In this document: positions 26,210 through 39,943 of the stretch, one piece after another
Layout: every line of letters begins with the position of its first letter
How positions within the stretch are numbered: the stretch's first letter is position 1
Origin: Eledone cirrhosa
Taxonomy: Eukaryota
Assembly (NCBI GenBank): GCA_964016885.1
Contig: OZ024765.1
Span: 16,802,001 to 16,866,000, forward strand
Length of the DNA: 64,000 nt
Direction of reading: 5' to 3'
The notes under the pieces: model-generated
What the model was told of the DNA's origin: nothing
Seen by the model: only the letters and a program-made list of their open reading frames with translations
Database searches by the model: none
Translations under genes and position numbers: made by a program

Positions 26210-26456
26210 CTTATATTTCGACCAATGCTTGTGACACATCAATACTGGCTTATTGGGTATGGCGCCACAACTGGACAAAAGGTGTTTCTATGATTATATA
26301 TACATGTGTATACACACATGTCTGTGTATAACTATATAAGTGTGTCTCCATGTGCAATTTATTCATATGTATGTATATTTTTTTTTGAGCGGGGTGGGGT
26401 GGGATGGCGGAGGGGAGGCTTGTGTAAATGTATATACGTGTAGATAGATAGATATG

Positions 26457-27022
26457 TTTCTTTATTAGCCACAGGGGCACAAAAGAAGGGGACAAATACA
26501 AATACAATAAAAACGTGTAAAATATTATCACAAATGCAATTTAGAAGTTAATCGATTTTCCCCAAAAGGGGGAGACATTTCATATGGGTAACACATACCC
26601 CCGAAAAAATGTGCAACCCTCATCTCCAGGAGTACGAAGAGTTTGTACCCCTTTCCTCTCTTCTTTTTGCTCAACCTACAGGCTGATATGGAGAGAAGGC
26701 CCATTCACTCGGGCCATTCTCGCCACTTTCACCCACCTTTCATAAAACTTGCTGGGGTACAGCACCTCTCTCTCCATCCTGATTCTTCTCCCAAAGTGGT
26801 ATTTGAAAAAAAGAATCAGTTGTTGGCCAGAGAGAAAGGTGTCTGACCTCAGCCCTTTTAACCTTGTCCACCGTACAACCTCTTTCGCCATAGCCATCAC
26901 ACAAAGGAAAACCGCCTCTCCTTCGTTTTTGAAGGAGGGTGGCGGTTTGATCATGCCAATGGACTCGGTGGTCAACCGGATTGGTCCCACCCGCAACAAT
27001 AGTCGTTCTACATAGCCCCACA
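26457..27022 (-). mobile_element. Tx1/L1-like LINE 3' fragment
   Basis: WGYVERLL...AKEVVRWTR...FFKYHFGRRIRMERE...KFYERW. The 3'UTR ends ...GGCTAATAAAGAAA. Confidence 0.75.
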
Positions 27023-27032
27023 TATTTTTGTG

Positions 27033-27078
<46 letters not shown>

Positions 27079-27080
27079 TA

Positions 27081-27810
27081 TTTCTTTATTAGGCACAAGG
27101 GCGCACAAGAAAAGGGGACAATACAAAGACATGCTGGGGATTTTACATAGTCGTGTAAAAAATATAAAAACAAACAATTACAACAATCGAAATCCCCAAT
27201 AGGGGGGAAGCGCCACAAATGGGTTGTTTAATACCCCGTCGATAGAACAACCCTCAACTGCAGGAGCGTGTTGTGCAAGTGCTCCTTTCTTCCTTTTGCT
27301 CTCTTCTTCAACCTACAGGCTTATAAACAGAAGGCCCAATCACTCGGGCCATTTTCGCTTCATTCACCCACCTTTCAGTAAATTTACTGGGGTGCAGTGC
27401 CTCTCTCTCCACTCTGATTCTCCCTCTAAAGTGATACTTAAAGAAGGGAATCAATTGTTGTCCAGAGAGATAGGCATCTGTCCTCAGTCCTCTCAATCTC
27501 GTCCACCATATAACTTCTTTCACCATAGCCACCGTACAGAGGAAAACCGCCTCTCTTTCGTTTTTGAAAGAGGCTGGTGGTTTGATCCTTACTATGGACT
27601 CGGCAGTCAACTGGATTTGTCCCATACGCAACAGCAGCAGTTCTGCATAGTTCCACAGGTCGGTTACGCCCGGGCAGTGTACAATTGCGTGCAGGCCTGT
27701 TTCAATGTCCTGCGCGCATCTTGGACACGTCCTGTTGGAAGGATCCCTGCCTGTAGATCTTGTCACGAACTGGTAGAGCTCCTCGGTAGCACTGCCAGGC
27801 CAGGGACCTC
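27081..27810 (-). mobile_element. Tx1/L1-like LINE 3' fragment with CCHC (zf-RVT-like) motif
   Basis: CPRCAQDIETGLHAIVHCPGVTDLW...FFKYHFRGRIRVERE...KFTERW, plus the 3'UTR. Confidence 0.82.
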
Positions 27811-27949
27811 TGATAGATAAACATGCAGATAGATAGAATTCTGACAGCTGAGCAGGCATACTATCATGCAAATATACACAAGGATACTCTTATATCTGCA
27901 CAGACAGACACAGACATTTATATATATATTTATATATATATATATATAC

Positions 27950-28462
27950 CCTCTCTAACAGGCACTCTCTCTGTTAGCCTCTTCCTCACCCTTCACTCAC
28001 TCACTCTCTGTTACTACCTCTCCTCCTCCTCCTTCCCGTTTGACCTGTGTGTAATTCTTTTCTTTCGCATCCTTGGTCAGGCAGGTTCGCTTTTTTTTCT
28101 CTCTCTCGTTTACGATTTCACAGAACTTATGTTCACCGAATTCACAGACTAGACCCCTTCTTCCTCCCGTTAGACCTGTACGGAATTCCTTCCTTGCTCA
28201 CATTCCAACCAGGTTTGATGGTCTTTATTCTCTCTCATTCACGATTTCACCTAACTTATATTCATGGAAATTTGGGACTTGACTCCTCCTTCCTCACTTT
28301 TCGTTGCTTCACCATCTTTGTTTGTTTACACTCTCGTGTCCCCTTTATTAACGTGTCCCAACGACTTTTTTTAGCCGTTGCTCGCACCAACCGGAGGTAT
28401 ATGGTCTATAAAGCGATGAAATACCAATAATGGTTGGAAGATCACTGATGAAGGACTAACTT
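27950..28462 (+). mobile_element. Probable Penelope-like pLTR fragment ending in a truncated hammerhead
   Basis: Pyrimidine-rich with an internal duplication (28100/28230). It ends CTGATGAAGGACTA (28445), identical to the start of the 23856 core. Confidence 0.45.
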
Positions 28463-28739
28463 TATTCATATATATATATATATTTATATATATGTTAGCG
28501 TGGTAGATAGACGTTAAACGAAGGTGATGATGAGATATATATATACATACATGTATGTATACCCATACATAAACACACATATATATATATATATACATAT
28601 ATATACATTTTTAAGTGTGTGTATACATACATACATATACATGTATGTATAACCATACACACACACATATATAAATATATGTATGGGTGTGTATGGGTAT
28701 ATATATATATATAATTACATACATACATACACACTCTTA

Positions 28740-28781
<42 letters not shown>

Positions 28782-28946
28782 GTATGTATACCCATACATA
28801 TATATATATTTTGAAGTGTGTGTATACATACATAAACATGTATGTATAACCATACACACATATGTATGTATATATATATATATGTATGTGTGTGTATGGG
28901 TATACATATATACATATATATATATATATACACTTAAAAATGTGTG

Positions 28947-28980
<34 letters not shown>

Positions 28981-29824
28981 TTTATATACATATATATAGA
29001 GAGAGAAATAAAAAAAAACTGATATGTACAAAATACTCATACATGCAAATGCATTAATCATGTATATACTTTCCAAATTACTATATATACATATATTAGT
29101 ATATATGTATATCTAAATGTGTATATATGTCTGTACATATACAAATTTATACATGTACAGAGACATATATACAAATGTATATATCTTTCTGTCAAATGTA
29201 TATATCTTTCTGTCTACATTATGTCTGTACGTGTACATGTTTGTGCGTGTGTACTTCTATGTATATATCAGTGTGTGTGTACATGTTTGTGTATGTATGT
29301 ATGTGTATGTATGTATGTGTACATGTTTGTGTATGTGTCTGTATATGTGTATGTATGTATGTATGTGTGTGTACATGGTGTGTGTCTGTATATGTGTATG
29401 TATGTATGTGTACATGTCTGTGTGTCTGTATATGTGTTTGTATATGTGTATGTATGTGTACATGTCTGTGTGTCTGTATATGTGTATGTATGTATGTGTC
29501 TGTATATGTGTATGTATGTATGTATGTATGTGTACATGTCTGTGTCTGTATATGTGTTTGTGTATGAATGTATGTGTACATGTTTGTGTATGTGTCTGTA
29601 TATGTGTGTGTGTATGTATGTATGTATGTGTACGTGTCTGTATATGTGTTTGTATATGTGTCTTTGTATCTGTACATGTTTTATATATGTGTTTGTCTGT
29701 ATGTGTACATGTTTGTATATGTGTACATATCTGTGTGTGTGTATGTGTACATATCTGTGTGTATGTGAGTTTGTCTATGTTGTATATATGCAGGGCTGTC
29801 TTCACAGCATTATAGGTGATTATT

Positions 29825-30008
29825 GGCGGTGGATTGGCAGTATCAGTAGAGGGTCGGATGCCATGCTTTCCAGCATAGTTACGTCCCTTTACGATCTGAG
29901 TTCAAATCCCGCCGAGGTTGACTTTGCCTTTCATCCTTACGGGGTCGATAAAATAAAGTACCAGTAATGCACTGGATATTTGCTGGCCTTGTGCCTAAAG
30001 TAGAAACA
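29825..30008 (+). mobile_element. Full-length SINE family 2 with 16-bp TSD
   Basis: GGCGGTGGATTGGCAG..., B-box GAGTTCAAATC, GCCTTTCATCCTTACGGGGTCGATAAAATAAAGTACCAG. TSD ATTATAGGTGATTATT at 29809 and 30009. Confidence 0.92.
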
Positions 30009-30102
30009 ATTATAGGTGATTATTTAAATCGTTTTTTTAATTTATTTAGAGAATTGTTTGATAACCGCTTGCTTCGCTACTTTTTATATTGTTCTGGCAT
30101 CT

Positions 30103-30696
30103 CGAATTAGTACACGTGATGCACATGAAAGTCGATAGCTGTATAACAAAGTGTAGGGCAATAAAGATAGACGGTAGCCACGGAATAGGCAGACCTAGAA
30201 AAACCTGGGACGAGCTGATAAACTCCGACCTCACACACACTTCTCCAAGACAATGTCACTGGACCGAGACCTTTGGCGGTACTCAGTAATAGAGAAGACC
30301 CGCCTTACCTAAATACATAGTAAAACCTACTACAATCAGTAGGCATCTCTAACAAAATACACCCCCGTCCCACCCCATCCACACCGCCCCCTTCTATGTA
30401 AAGTTATGTTGGTGCCACACCATCCAGGCCGAAACAAATGAGATCGTGTAGGTGTCACGACAAAAAAAACACACAGTCCACGCTGTAATGTGGCCGTGTA
30501 GGCAACAAGGTAAAAACCTCCCAGCCCCACACTGTAAATGTGGTTGGTGTTAGGAAGGGCATCCAACTGTAGAAAACCTGCCAGACAGTCCTATGCGAGC
30601 AAGACAATCACTCTTGCCTCAAGTGGGAAAACCCCCATCCAAACCCATGCAAGCGTGGAACACGGACATTAAATGTTGATGATGATGATGATGATG
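30103..30696 (+). mobile_element. Diverged long-3'UTR RTE fragment
   Basis: HVMHMKVDSCITKC...[11 protein letters not shown], 48-bp modules and an (ATG)n tail. Confidence 0.75.
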
Positions 30697-31494
30697 AACC
30701 ACAAATATTATAAACAAATTGCATATTTCTACAGGTACATTGTACCTGTTGAGGTATTCATCCACTTTTATAATTTTTCTCCTTATGTAGAGAACAAGAC
30801 GTTGAATAATGCTGCTAACCTTAGTGGCAATATCAACATGTTTATAATATACAGCTATTATCAGCGACCTGATTTTGTGTGTGTGTCATTTTAACGGCTT
30901 GACCGCATGCGGTGGGCAGGAAGCGAAATATTTACTTACTATAGGGTTTGCAACCTTATGGTGTGGAAATAGGCTGTCTGAAGATTCATTTCTTTCCATT
31001 GGAAATTCTCTGGATTTCCAATCTTTTGGAATGATGAAACCGTTGGTAACAGCATTGAAACAGGTGATTATTTAAATCGTTTTTTAATTTATTTAGAGAA
31101 TTGTTTGATAACCGCTTGCTTCGCTACATATATATATATTTATAAGAGAGTTTGCTTGAAGCATTGTGGAACAATAAGTAAATATTTATAAGTCGTTTGG
31201 AAGCCTCGACAATGCAAATGAGTAAATCTCCGGGTAACAGGGTCCGGTGTAGGAGAGAGAGAGATATGTAAGTGGGTGTATGTTGAGATGCGTGGTGTGT
31301 ATAAGATGTGTGAGATGTGTAGAATGAAGGGAAGAGTGAAAGGGTAAAAATAATAATAACAACACAAGAGAGAATTACCTTGGGAGAGATTTAATAGTCC
31401 CTTTATATTTCGGATTCACATCCATCAACTGGGGGTTTTTTTCCGGGGTGGGGCAAAAGGTTGTCTGTCGGACAATTCGGAACGCGTCATATAT

Positions 31495-32098
31495 AAAATA
31501 AACTATATATATACAAATATATATACATAAAATACACTATATACATACAAATATAAATACATACATATATATATCTATATAAAATACACTATATATATAC
31601 AAATATATATACATACATATATATATACATAAAATACACTATATACATACAAATATAAATACATATATATATATATATATAAAATACACTATATAATCAA
31701 ATATATATGCATACATATATATATATAAAATACACTATATATATTCAAATATATACATACATATATATATATAAAATACACTATATATATACAAATATAT
31801 ATACATACATATATATAAAATACACTATATATATACAAATATATATACATACATATATATAAAATACACTATATATATACAAATATATATACATACATTC
31901 ATATATATATATAAAATACAGTATATATATACAAATATATATACATACATTCATATATATATATAAAATACACTATATATATTCAAATATATACATATAT
32001 ATATATATAAAATACACTATATATATATATAAAATACACTATATATATACAAATATATATACATACATATAAAATACACTATATATATACAAATATAT

Positions 32099-32131
<33 letters not shown>

Positions 32132-32200
32132 TATATAAAATACACTATATATATACAAATATAAATAAATACATACATACAAATATAAATATATATATAT
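31495..32200. repeat. AT-rich minisatellite (AAAATACACTATATATATACAAAT...)
   Basis: Recurrent AAAATACACT with variable (AT)n spacers. Confidence 0.85.
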
Positions 32201-32482
32201 ATATAAATACACACACACATACACAAATTAATTCTATATACATGGGTATGTATATATGATGGCTGTGGTAAGTCATTAATATATTAATGAGGTAGATCCT
32301 GTATTGACAGTAATTAGTAGACAAGCCAGATTTGGTCAGCCTTTCCACTATTCTTGCCATTTCAACAACTAGCTATAATATAACCATACTCTACTACCTC
32401 AAGTATTGAGTATTCTGGTGAGTAATGGTCTAACCAGTCTCGAACTGAATCCATCCTGATTTATATATATATCATCATCATC

Positions 32483-32769
32483 ATATGCCCCCACCGCAAG
32501 GTGGTCGTGGAGGTGCCACGGCAAAAAAGCACCCAGCCCACACTGTAAAGTGGACGTGTAGGCGCCACGAAAAAGCACCCAGCACTCACTGTAAACGAGG
32601 CTGGTGTTAGGAAGGGCATCCAGCTGTAGAAATCAAGCCAAATCAGTTCCTGTATGAGCAAGGCATGGTCAGCCGACCAGACACTGCCCACAACAGGACA
32701 ACCCGTCTAACCCATGCTAGCGTGGAAGAACGGACGTAAAACGGTGATGATGATGATGACGATGATGAT
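32483..32769 (+). mobile_element. Long-3'UTR RTE fragment
   Basis: Near-identical to 3053-3334. Confidence 0.85.
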
Positions 32770-33100
32770 CATCATCATTTTTCGTCCCCTTTTCCCTGCT
32801 TGCAAGGGTGGGACTTGAACTGATTCTGGCTTGATTTCTACAGCTGGATGCCCTTCCTAACACCAACCTCATTTACAGTGACTGCTGGGTGCTTTTTTGC
32901 CGTGGCACCTCCACGACCACTTTGCAGTGGAATGATAGGGACCCCACTCCCTATCATCTCATTTCTACAGCTGAGTAAACTGGAGCAATGTGAAATAAAG
33001 TGTCTTGCTCAAGGATACAACACATCACCCAGTCTGAGAATTGAACTCACAACCTTTCGATTGCAAGCCCAATGCTCTAACCACTAAGCCATGTGCCTCC
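32770..33100 (-). mobile_element. Full-length tRNA-SINE family 1
   Basis: Reverse complement of 3633-3968. Confidence 0.9.
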
Positions 33101-33139
33101 ATATAAATATATATGATGTAATATGATAATATATATATA

Positions 33140-33440
33140 TCATCATATTACACCCACCTTTTCTTGCTTACAAGGGTGGGACGGGTCCTATTCAGCACAG
33201 CATTTCTCAGTTTGTCATGGTCCTTCATCATCTCTTCCGTGAGCTTCAGCAATCTGATATCATCTCTCAATACTTCCGCGCCCATGATTTTCGTAGTCTT
33301 CCTCTACTGCGTTTTTCTTCCACTGGGATCTTTTGGCACTTCTTTACCCAGCCGTCATCCTCCATGTGCATCACATGTCCATACCAATGCACACTACACT
33401 TTATCCCTCTTATACAGTTTCTCTCAACTCGTCTATATTC
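33140..33440 (-). mobile_element. RTE 3' fragment (short UTR)
   Basis: HWYGHVMHMEDDGWVKKCQKIPVE; homologous to 22880-23188. Confidence 0.8.
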
Positions 33441-33539
33441 ATCCATATATACTCTTTTACCTGTTCCAGCAGCCATCCGGCTGAGGCCATGCTGGGGCAC
33501 CACCCTTTATATATATATATATATATTATATATAACGAA

Positions 33540-33794
33540 AGAAATGTGGTAAGGAACCAGGTGGATCATAACGCACCAAAGTACTCAATACTTAGAGTAG
33601 TAGAGTGGGTAATAGAAACGAGTAGGACCCCGATGGCTGAGCTCAAGCCATTTCGACGGCTAATTCTGGACTAAATGAACATTTTTATCCTGTTATATGA
33701 ATAGCTATTCATATAACAGGATAAACATTTTCATTTAGTCCAGAATTAGCCGTCGAAACGGCTTGAGCTCAGCCGTCGTGGTCCTACTCGTTCC
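33540..33794. repeat. Family C element with an 88-bp-arm, loopless palindrome (33617-33792) containing half-hammerheads
   Basis: Centre GAATAG|CTATTC at 33704/33705, about 5 mismatches. Each arm carries GAA-ACGGCT(TGAGCTC)AGCCGT-C; the left arm has two substitutions in this motif. Confidence 0.85.
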
Positions 33795-33837
33795 ATATAT
33801 ATATATATATAATTATATATATATATATATATCTTTA

Positions 33838-33875
33838 CGAGCTGAGGATCCGCTAAGGTGAAACAATTGTTCTCG
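33838..33875 (+). ncRNA. Minimal type I hammerhead, family D
   Basis: CGAG-CTGAGGA-TCC(GCTAA)GGT-GAA-ACAATTGT-T-CTCG: palindromic stem III, weak stem II. Confidence 0.65.
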
Positions 33876-34149
33876 GTATGGTGAACTAACTGTTGTGTAA
33901 CCACTTCTACCTAACTCATCCCATGGACTGAGTGCTCTACCACTACGGATATTACCTTCCAGTGTTCTACCTATATAATTATATATATATATAAATATAT
34001 ATAATCATACATACAGGGCCAAAGACCTAAGAAGGCCCCACAGCAACCATACAACATCCATTTTGAGAAAAATCTTTGCCTGCTTCAGGCCCCAAAGGGG
34101 TCTTGTACTGCCTTGCAAAATTTCTCTGGGGGCCCTGCATACATATGCA

Positions 34150-34631
34150 CAAAATGGACCTCCATCGGTTTCATCGAAGAGGGTTCCAATTGTTTAATCA
34201 TGAGCACAGCTTACTTGTGAAGTTAATGTGTAAGTGGAGGAGTTTTTCACTCATACTTGTACCCTTATAATTCACAGAGAGATCCAGCCTGACACAGTGA
34301 AGGACAAAGCTGGACATTTGAATAACAGGTACAGTCATTTCAACAACCTTTAGAACATTTTCTATCTAACCAGTTTCACTAACAGGACTCGGGTTGGGTG
34401 GTGACACCATGTAGGACAAAGCTGAACATTTGAATAACAGGTATAGTCCTTTCAACAACCTTTAGAACATTTTCTATCTAACCAGTTTCACTAACAGGAC
34501 TCGGGTTGGGTGGTGACACCATGTAGGACAAAGTTGGACATTTGAATAACAGGTACAGTCCTTTCAACAACCTTTAAAACATTTTCTATCTAACCTATTT
34601 CACTAACAGGACTCGGGTTGACTGGTGACAT
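34150..34631 (-). repeat. Degenerate SINE body whose end is amplified as a 112-bp tandem repeat (x3)
   Basis: GGACAAAG at 34302, 34414 and 34526. The SINE assignment rests on recalled similarity to octopus SINE bodies. Confidence 0.7.
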
Positions 34632-34654
34632 GTAAATGAAACTTGTTCAAGATG

Positions 34655-35177
34655 TTTGTCTTTATCTAAAAACATTCCATCATATTCTTATGTAAGAATA
34701 TTTGTTAAGTTATGTTCCAAACAAATTCCCTACAAATTCTTGATTATTTTCCAAGTTATTTAGAAATCATAAGCAGAGTCTTTTATTAGAAATATCATAA
34801 AAAGGTTGAAGTATTTATATTGATCTAAAATCCTTCCATTGTAAGAACATTTGTTACGTTCCAAACACCAACTTAATAATGAGAAAATTATATTACTAAA
34901 TCTCTCTAAATTCTTGATTATTTTCAAAATTATTTGACAATGTTAGGCAGTGTCTTTCATTAGAAATATAGTAACAATAGGGTTAAAGTGTTTATATTTA
35001 ATTAAAAATCTTCCATCATGACTTTATATAAGAACATTTATCATGTTCCAAACTCCAGTTTAATAATGAGAAAGTTAGTTATTTTTCTAAATCCCTCCAA
35101 ATTCTTGATTAATTTCAAAATTATTTGACAATCATAAGTACTGTCTTTAACTAGAAATACAGTAATAAAAGGGTCAA
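34655..35177. repeat. Three diverged tandem copies (~150-190 bp) of an AT-rich MITE-like unit
   Basis: Units end AAAGGTTGAA, TAGGGTTAA and AAGGGTCAA; related to 6808-6975. Confidence 0.6.
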
Positions 35178-35585
35178 TCATATAATGTGTGTGAGGCCAA
35201 AGCTGTATTATTCATAAGGCTGAAAGTCCTGAAAATTAGTGAGCCCTGCCAGGATTAGGGATATGACATTTTTTAAACTTTCTGTAGTGATTTCTAAAAG
35301 ATTAAAGTGCCAGAGGGTGTCACAAAATATCTGAAACCCCAGAAGCCTGACCTTGGGTTAATACAAGCTTGTGCATCACCCCACCTTCCATTTTTTGTTT
35401 AAAGGGTCAATATTTTTGTAGAAAATAACAAAGAACAAAACAACATCTCTAGTGTTTGTTTTTTACATATAATTTGTTTACAGTCTCTTGCCAGGAGGTG
35501 AATTATTGGATAAAGAAGTCACTAAGATTTTGTGACTACATAAGGTCGAGCATATATATAAAAACATACTTGTATGTGAACTGTA

Positions 35586-37240
<1,655 letters not shown>

Positions 37241-37397
37241 ATTTGTTTTTGCTTCTGGCTTCATCTTAATTCTTAATGTCAAGACGGTTGGCAAACAACT
37301 TGATTGACACAATAACAGATCAATACTTGAATCAATCAACCAATCGATAGATCAATCGGTTAAGACTATATATATATATTATAGAAATATATATATA

Positions 37398-37447
<50 letters not shown>

Positions 37448-37534
37448 TTTTTCTATAGTCAATTTTTTTTCTTTATGACTGCGTTTCCTGGCTTCCATTT
37501 TTATTTTCCTTAAGACTAATAATAATAATAACAA

Positions 37535-37725
37535 TAATTGTTTCTATTTTAGGCAAAAGGCCAGCAATTACCCAGTACATTACTGGTACTTTATTTTATC
37601 GACCCCGTAAGGATGAAAGGCAAAGTTAACCTCGGCGGGATTTGAACTCAGAATTGCAAGGGCCGTAACTCTATGCGTCAAAGCATGGCGTCCGACGCTC
37701 TACCGATACTGCCAATTCACCGCCC
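37535..37725 (-). mobile_element. SINE family 2
   Basis: Reverse complement of 29825-30008. Confidence 0.85.
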
Positions 37726-37751
37726 TAATAATAATAACAATAATTATAATG

Positions 37752-38227
37752 GTTTCATTTATTAGCCACAAGGGCTGAAATATTGGGGACTATACAACAG
37801 ACGGGGACAGTGGGGGTTTTACACAAAAATCAAGTAAAAAATAGGAAAACAATACCAATAAACAAGAAAAATACAACAATTAAAATTCCCCAATATGGGG
37901 TAACCACCAAAGGTTAACTCAGGTACCCTACCAATCCTGTACCACCCAATGCTTCATTCAGAGGCACTTGGGAAGGGCATCCCTCTCTTCCACAAATTCA
38001 CCAGCCTACAAGCACATGATCAGATTAGGTTCACTCACACTGGTCATTCTTGCCACATTCACCCCCACCCTTCAGCAAATGTATAGGGGGAGAACTTCTC
38101 TCTCCACCCTCACCTTCCTTTCCAAGTGAAATTTGAAAAAGTTGATGAGGGATTGGCCGAAGAGAAAAGTGTCTGTCTTCGGTCCTTTCAACCTGGTCCA
38201 CCATACAACCTCTTTCACTACTGCCAC
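37752..38227 (-). mobile_element. Tx1/L1-like LINE 3' fragment (diverged)
   Basis: Homologous to 26457-27022 (CCATACAACCTCTTTC, CCTACA.GC). Confidence 0.7.
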
Positions 38228-38231
38228 TAGT

Positions 38232-38927
38232 GATAATTGTTTCTACTTTAGGCACAAGGCCAGCAATTATCCCAGTGTATTACTGGTACTTTATTTTATC
38301 AACCCCCGTAATAATTGTTCCTACTTTTGGCACAAGGGCAGCAATTACCCCAGTGTATTACTGGTACTTTATTTTATCAACCCCGTAATAATTGTTCCTA
38401 CTTTTGGCACAAGGCCAGCAATTACCCCAGTGTATTACTGGTACTTTATTTTATCGACCCCCGTAAGGATGAAAGGCAAAGTTGATGATGACAGTGGTGA
38501 AGGTTATAAAAATGATGATGATGATGGTGATGGTGGCGATGATGATGGTGGCGATGATGATGGTGGTGGTGGTGATGGTGGTGATGGTGGTGATGATGGC
38601 GAAGGTGATAAAAATGATGATGATGTTGATAGTGATGATGATGATTATGAATATGATGATGATGATGATTATGATGCCAATAATATGTTGATGATGATGA
38701 TGATAATGGTGATGATGTTGATGGTGATGATGTTGATGGTGGTGGTGATGGGGGAACTGTTGATCACATGGTGTCGCAGAAGAGAATAATAATTGTTTCT
38801 ACTTTTGGCACAAGGCTAGCAAGCAATTATCCCAGTGCATTACTGGTACTTTATTTTATCGACCCCGTAAGGATGAAAGGCAAAGTTAACCTCGGTGGGA
38901 TTTGAACTCAGAATAACAAGGGCCGTA
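38232..38927 (-). mobile_element. SINE family 2 3' ends in tandem (x3), a (GAT/GGT)n tract and a further copy
   Basis: TAATTGTT.CTACTTT.GGCACAAGG...GTACTTTATTTTATC repeated at ~38234, 38311, 38389 and 38790. Confidence 0.85.
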
Positions 38928-38934
38928 ATAATAA

Positions 38935-39625
38935 TTTCTTTATTGACCACATTAAGGACAGTACAGGACTGCACAGGACAGTACAAATATGGGTTTCTTT
39001 GTGTAAAACAAAAAGAAATAAAAGGAAAAGCTGTAACAAAAAAAATGGAAACAAAGGACTAATCCCCAATAGGGAGTGGACCAGCAACTGTTACTTTTGG
39101 AGAAAGCCCACAAAAGCCATCGTCACCTATGGCAAGTGCCCTCTCCCAGTTTTATTTCCTACGATACTACAGGCATATGCTCAGAGCAGGCCCATTCACA
39201 CAGGTCATTTAGCCTCCCTCACCCACCTTTCAATAAACTATCTGGAAGACAGTACTTCCCTCTCCACCCAGATTTTCCTTTTCAGGTGAAACCTGAAAAA
39301 GTTAATGAGAGGGTCACCGAAGAGGAAAGTGCCCAGCTTCAACCCTTTCAAACACGTTCACCATACAGCCTCTTTCACCATGGCCACCAGGCAGATAAAA
39401 ACTGCCTGCCCTTCCTGGTTAAAGGAGGGTGGCGGAGCAGTCTTCATAATGGACTCAGCTGATAGCCAGATCCATCCTACACGCAACAGCCAGTGTGACA
39501 TAAACCTACAATTCAGCGATGCTCAGACACTGGGCAAGTGCATGCAGGATGGTCTCATCGCCACATGTGCATCTCAGACAGGCCCAGGTGCTGGCACTAC
39601 CATGCTTGTAAAGTTTATCTTGAAG
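38935..39625 (-). mobile_element. Tx1/L1-like LINE 3' fragment (diverged)
   Basis: The minus strand reads CLRCTCGDETILHALAQC...; homologous to 27081-27810. Confidence 0.7.
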
Positions 39626-39943
39626 TAATAATCAAAATGGTTTCTGATTTAGGTACAAGTTCAACAATTTTGAGAGAGGGGGATAGTCAATTAAATTGAC
39701 CTCAGTGTATTACTGGTACTTTATCTTTATCAACACCGTAAGGATGAAAAGCAAAACTAACCTTGGCAGGATTTGAAGTCAGACTGCAAAGGGATATAAC
39801 ACTATGCCACAAAGCCTGGTGTCCAACATACCAGATATAGTGCTACACAGGATTTATTGAAATATTATTTTAACACCTCATATGAAGCTCTGTCTACTTT
39901 TATGCTTTGGGAACCAACATCTGTAAATAGCCAAAGACTTCAG

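Noticed and set aside
31395-31432. Minus-strand GGAT(GTGA)ATCC-GAAA hairpin
   Set aside because: It lacks an intact CTGANGA; possibly a decayed hammerhead, but unsupported.
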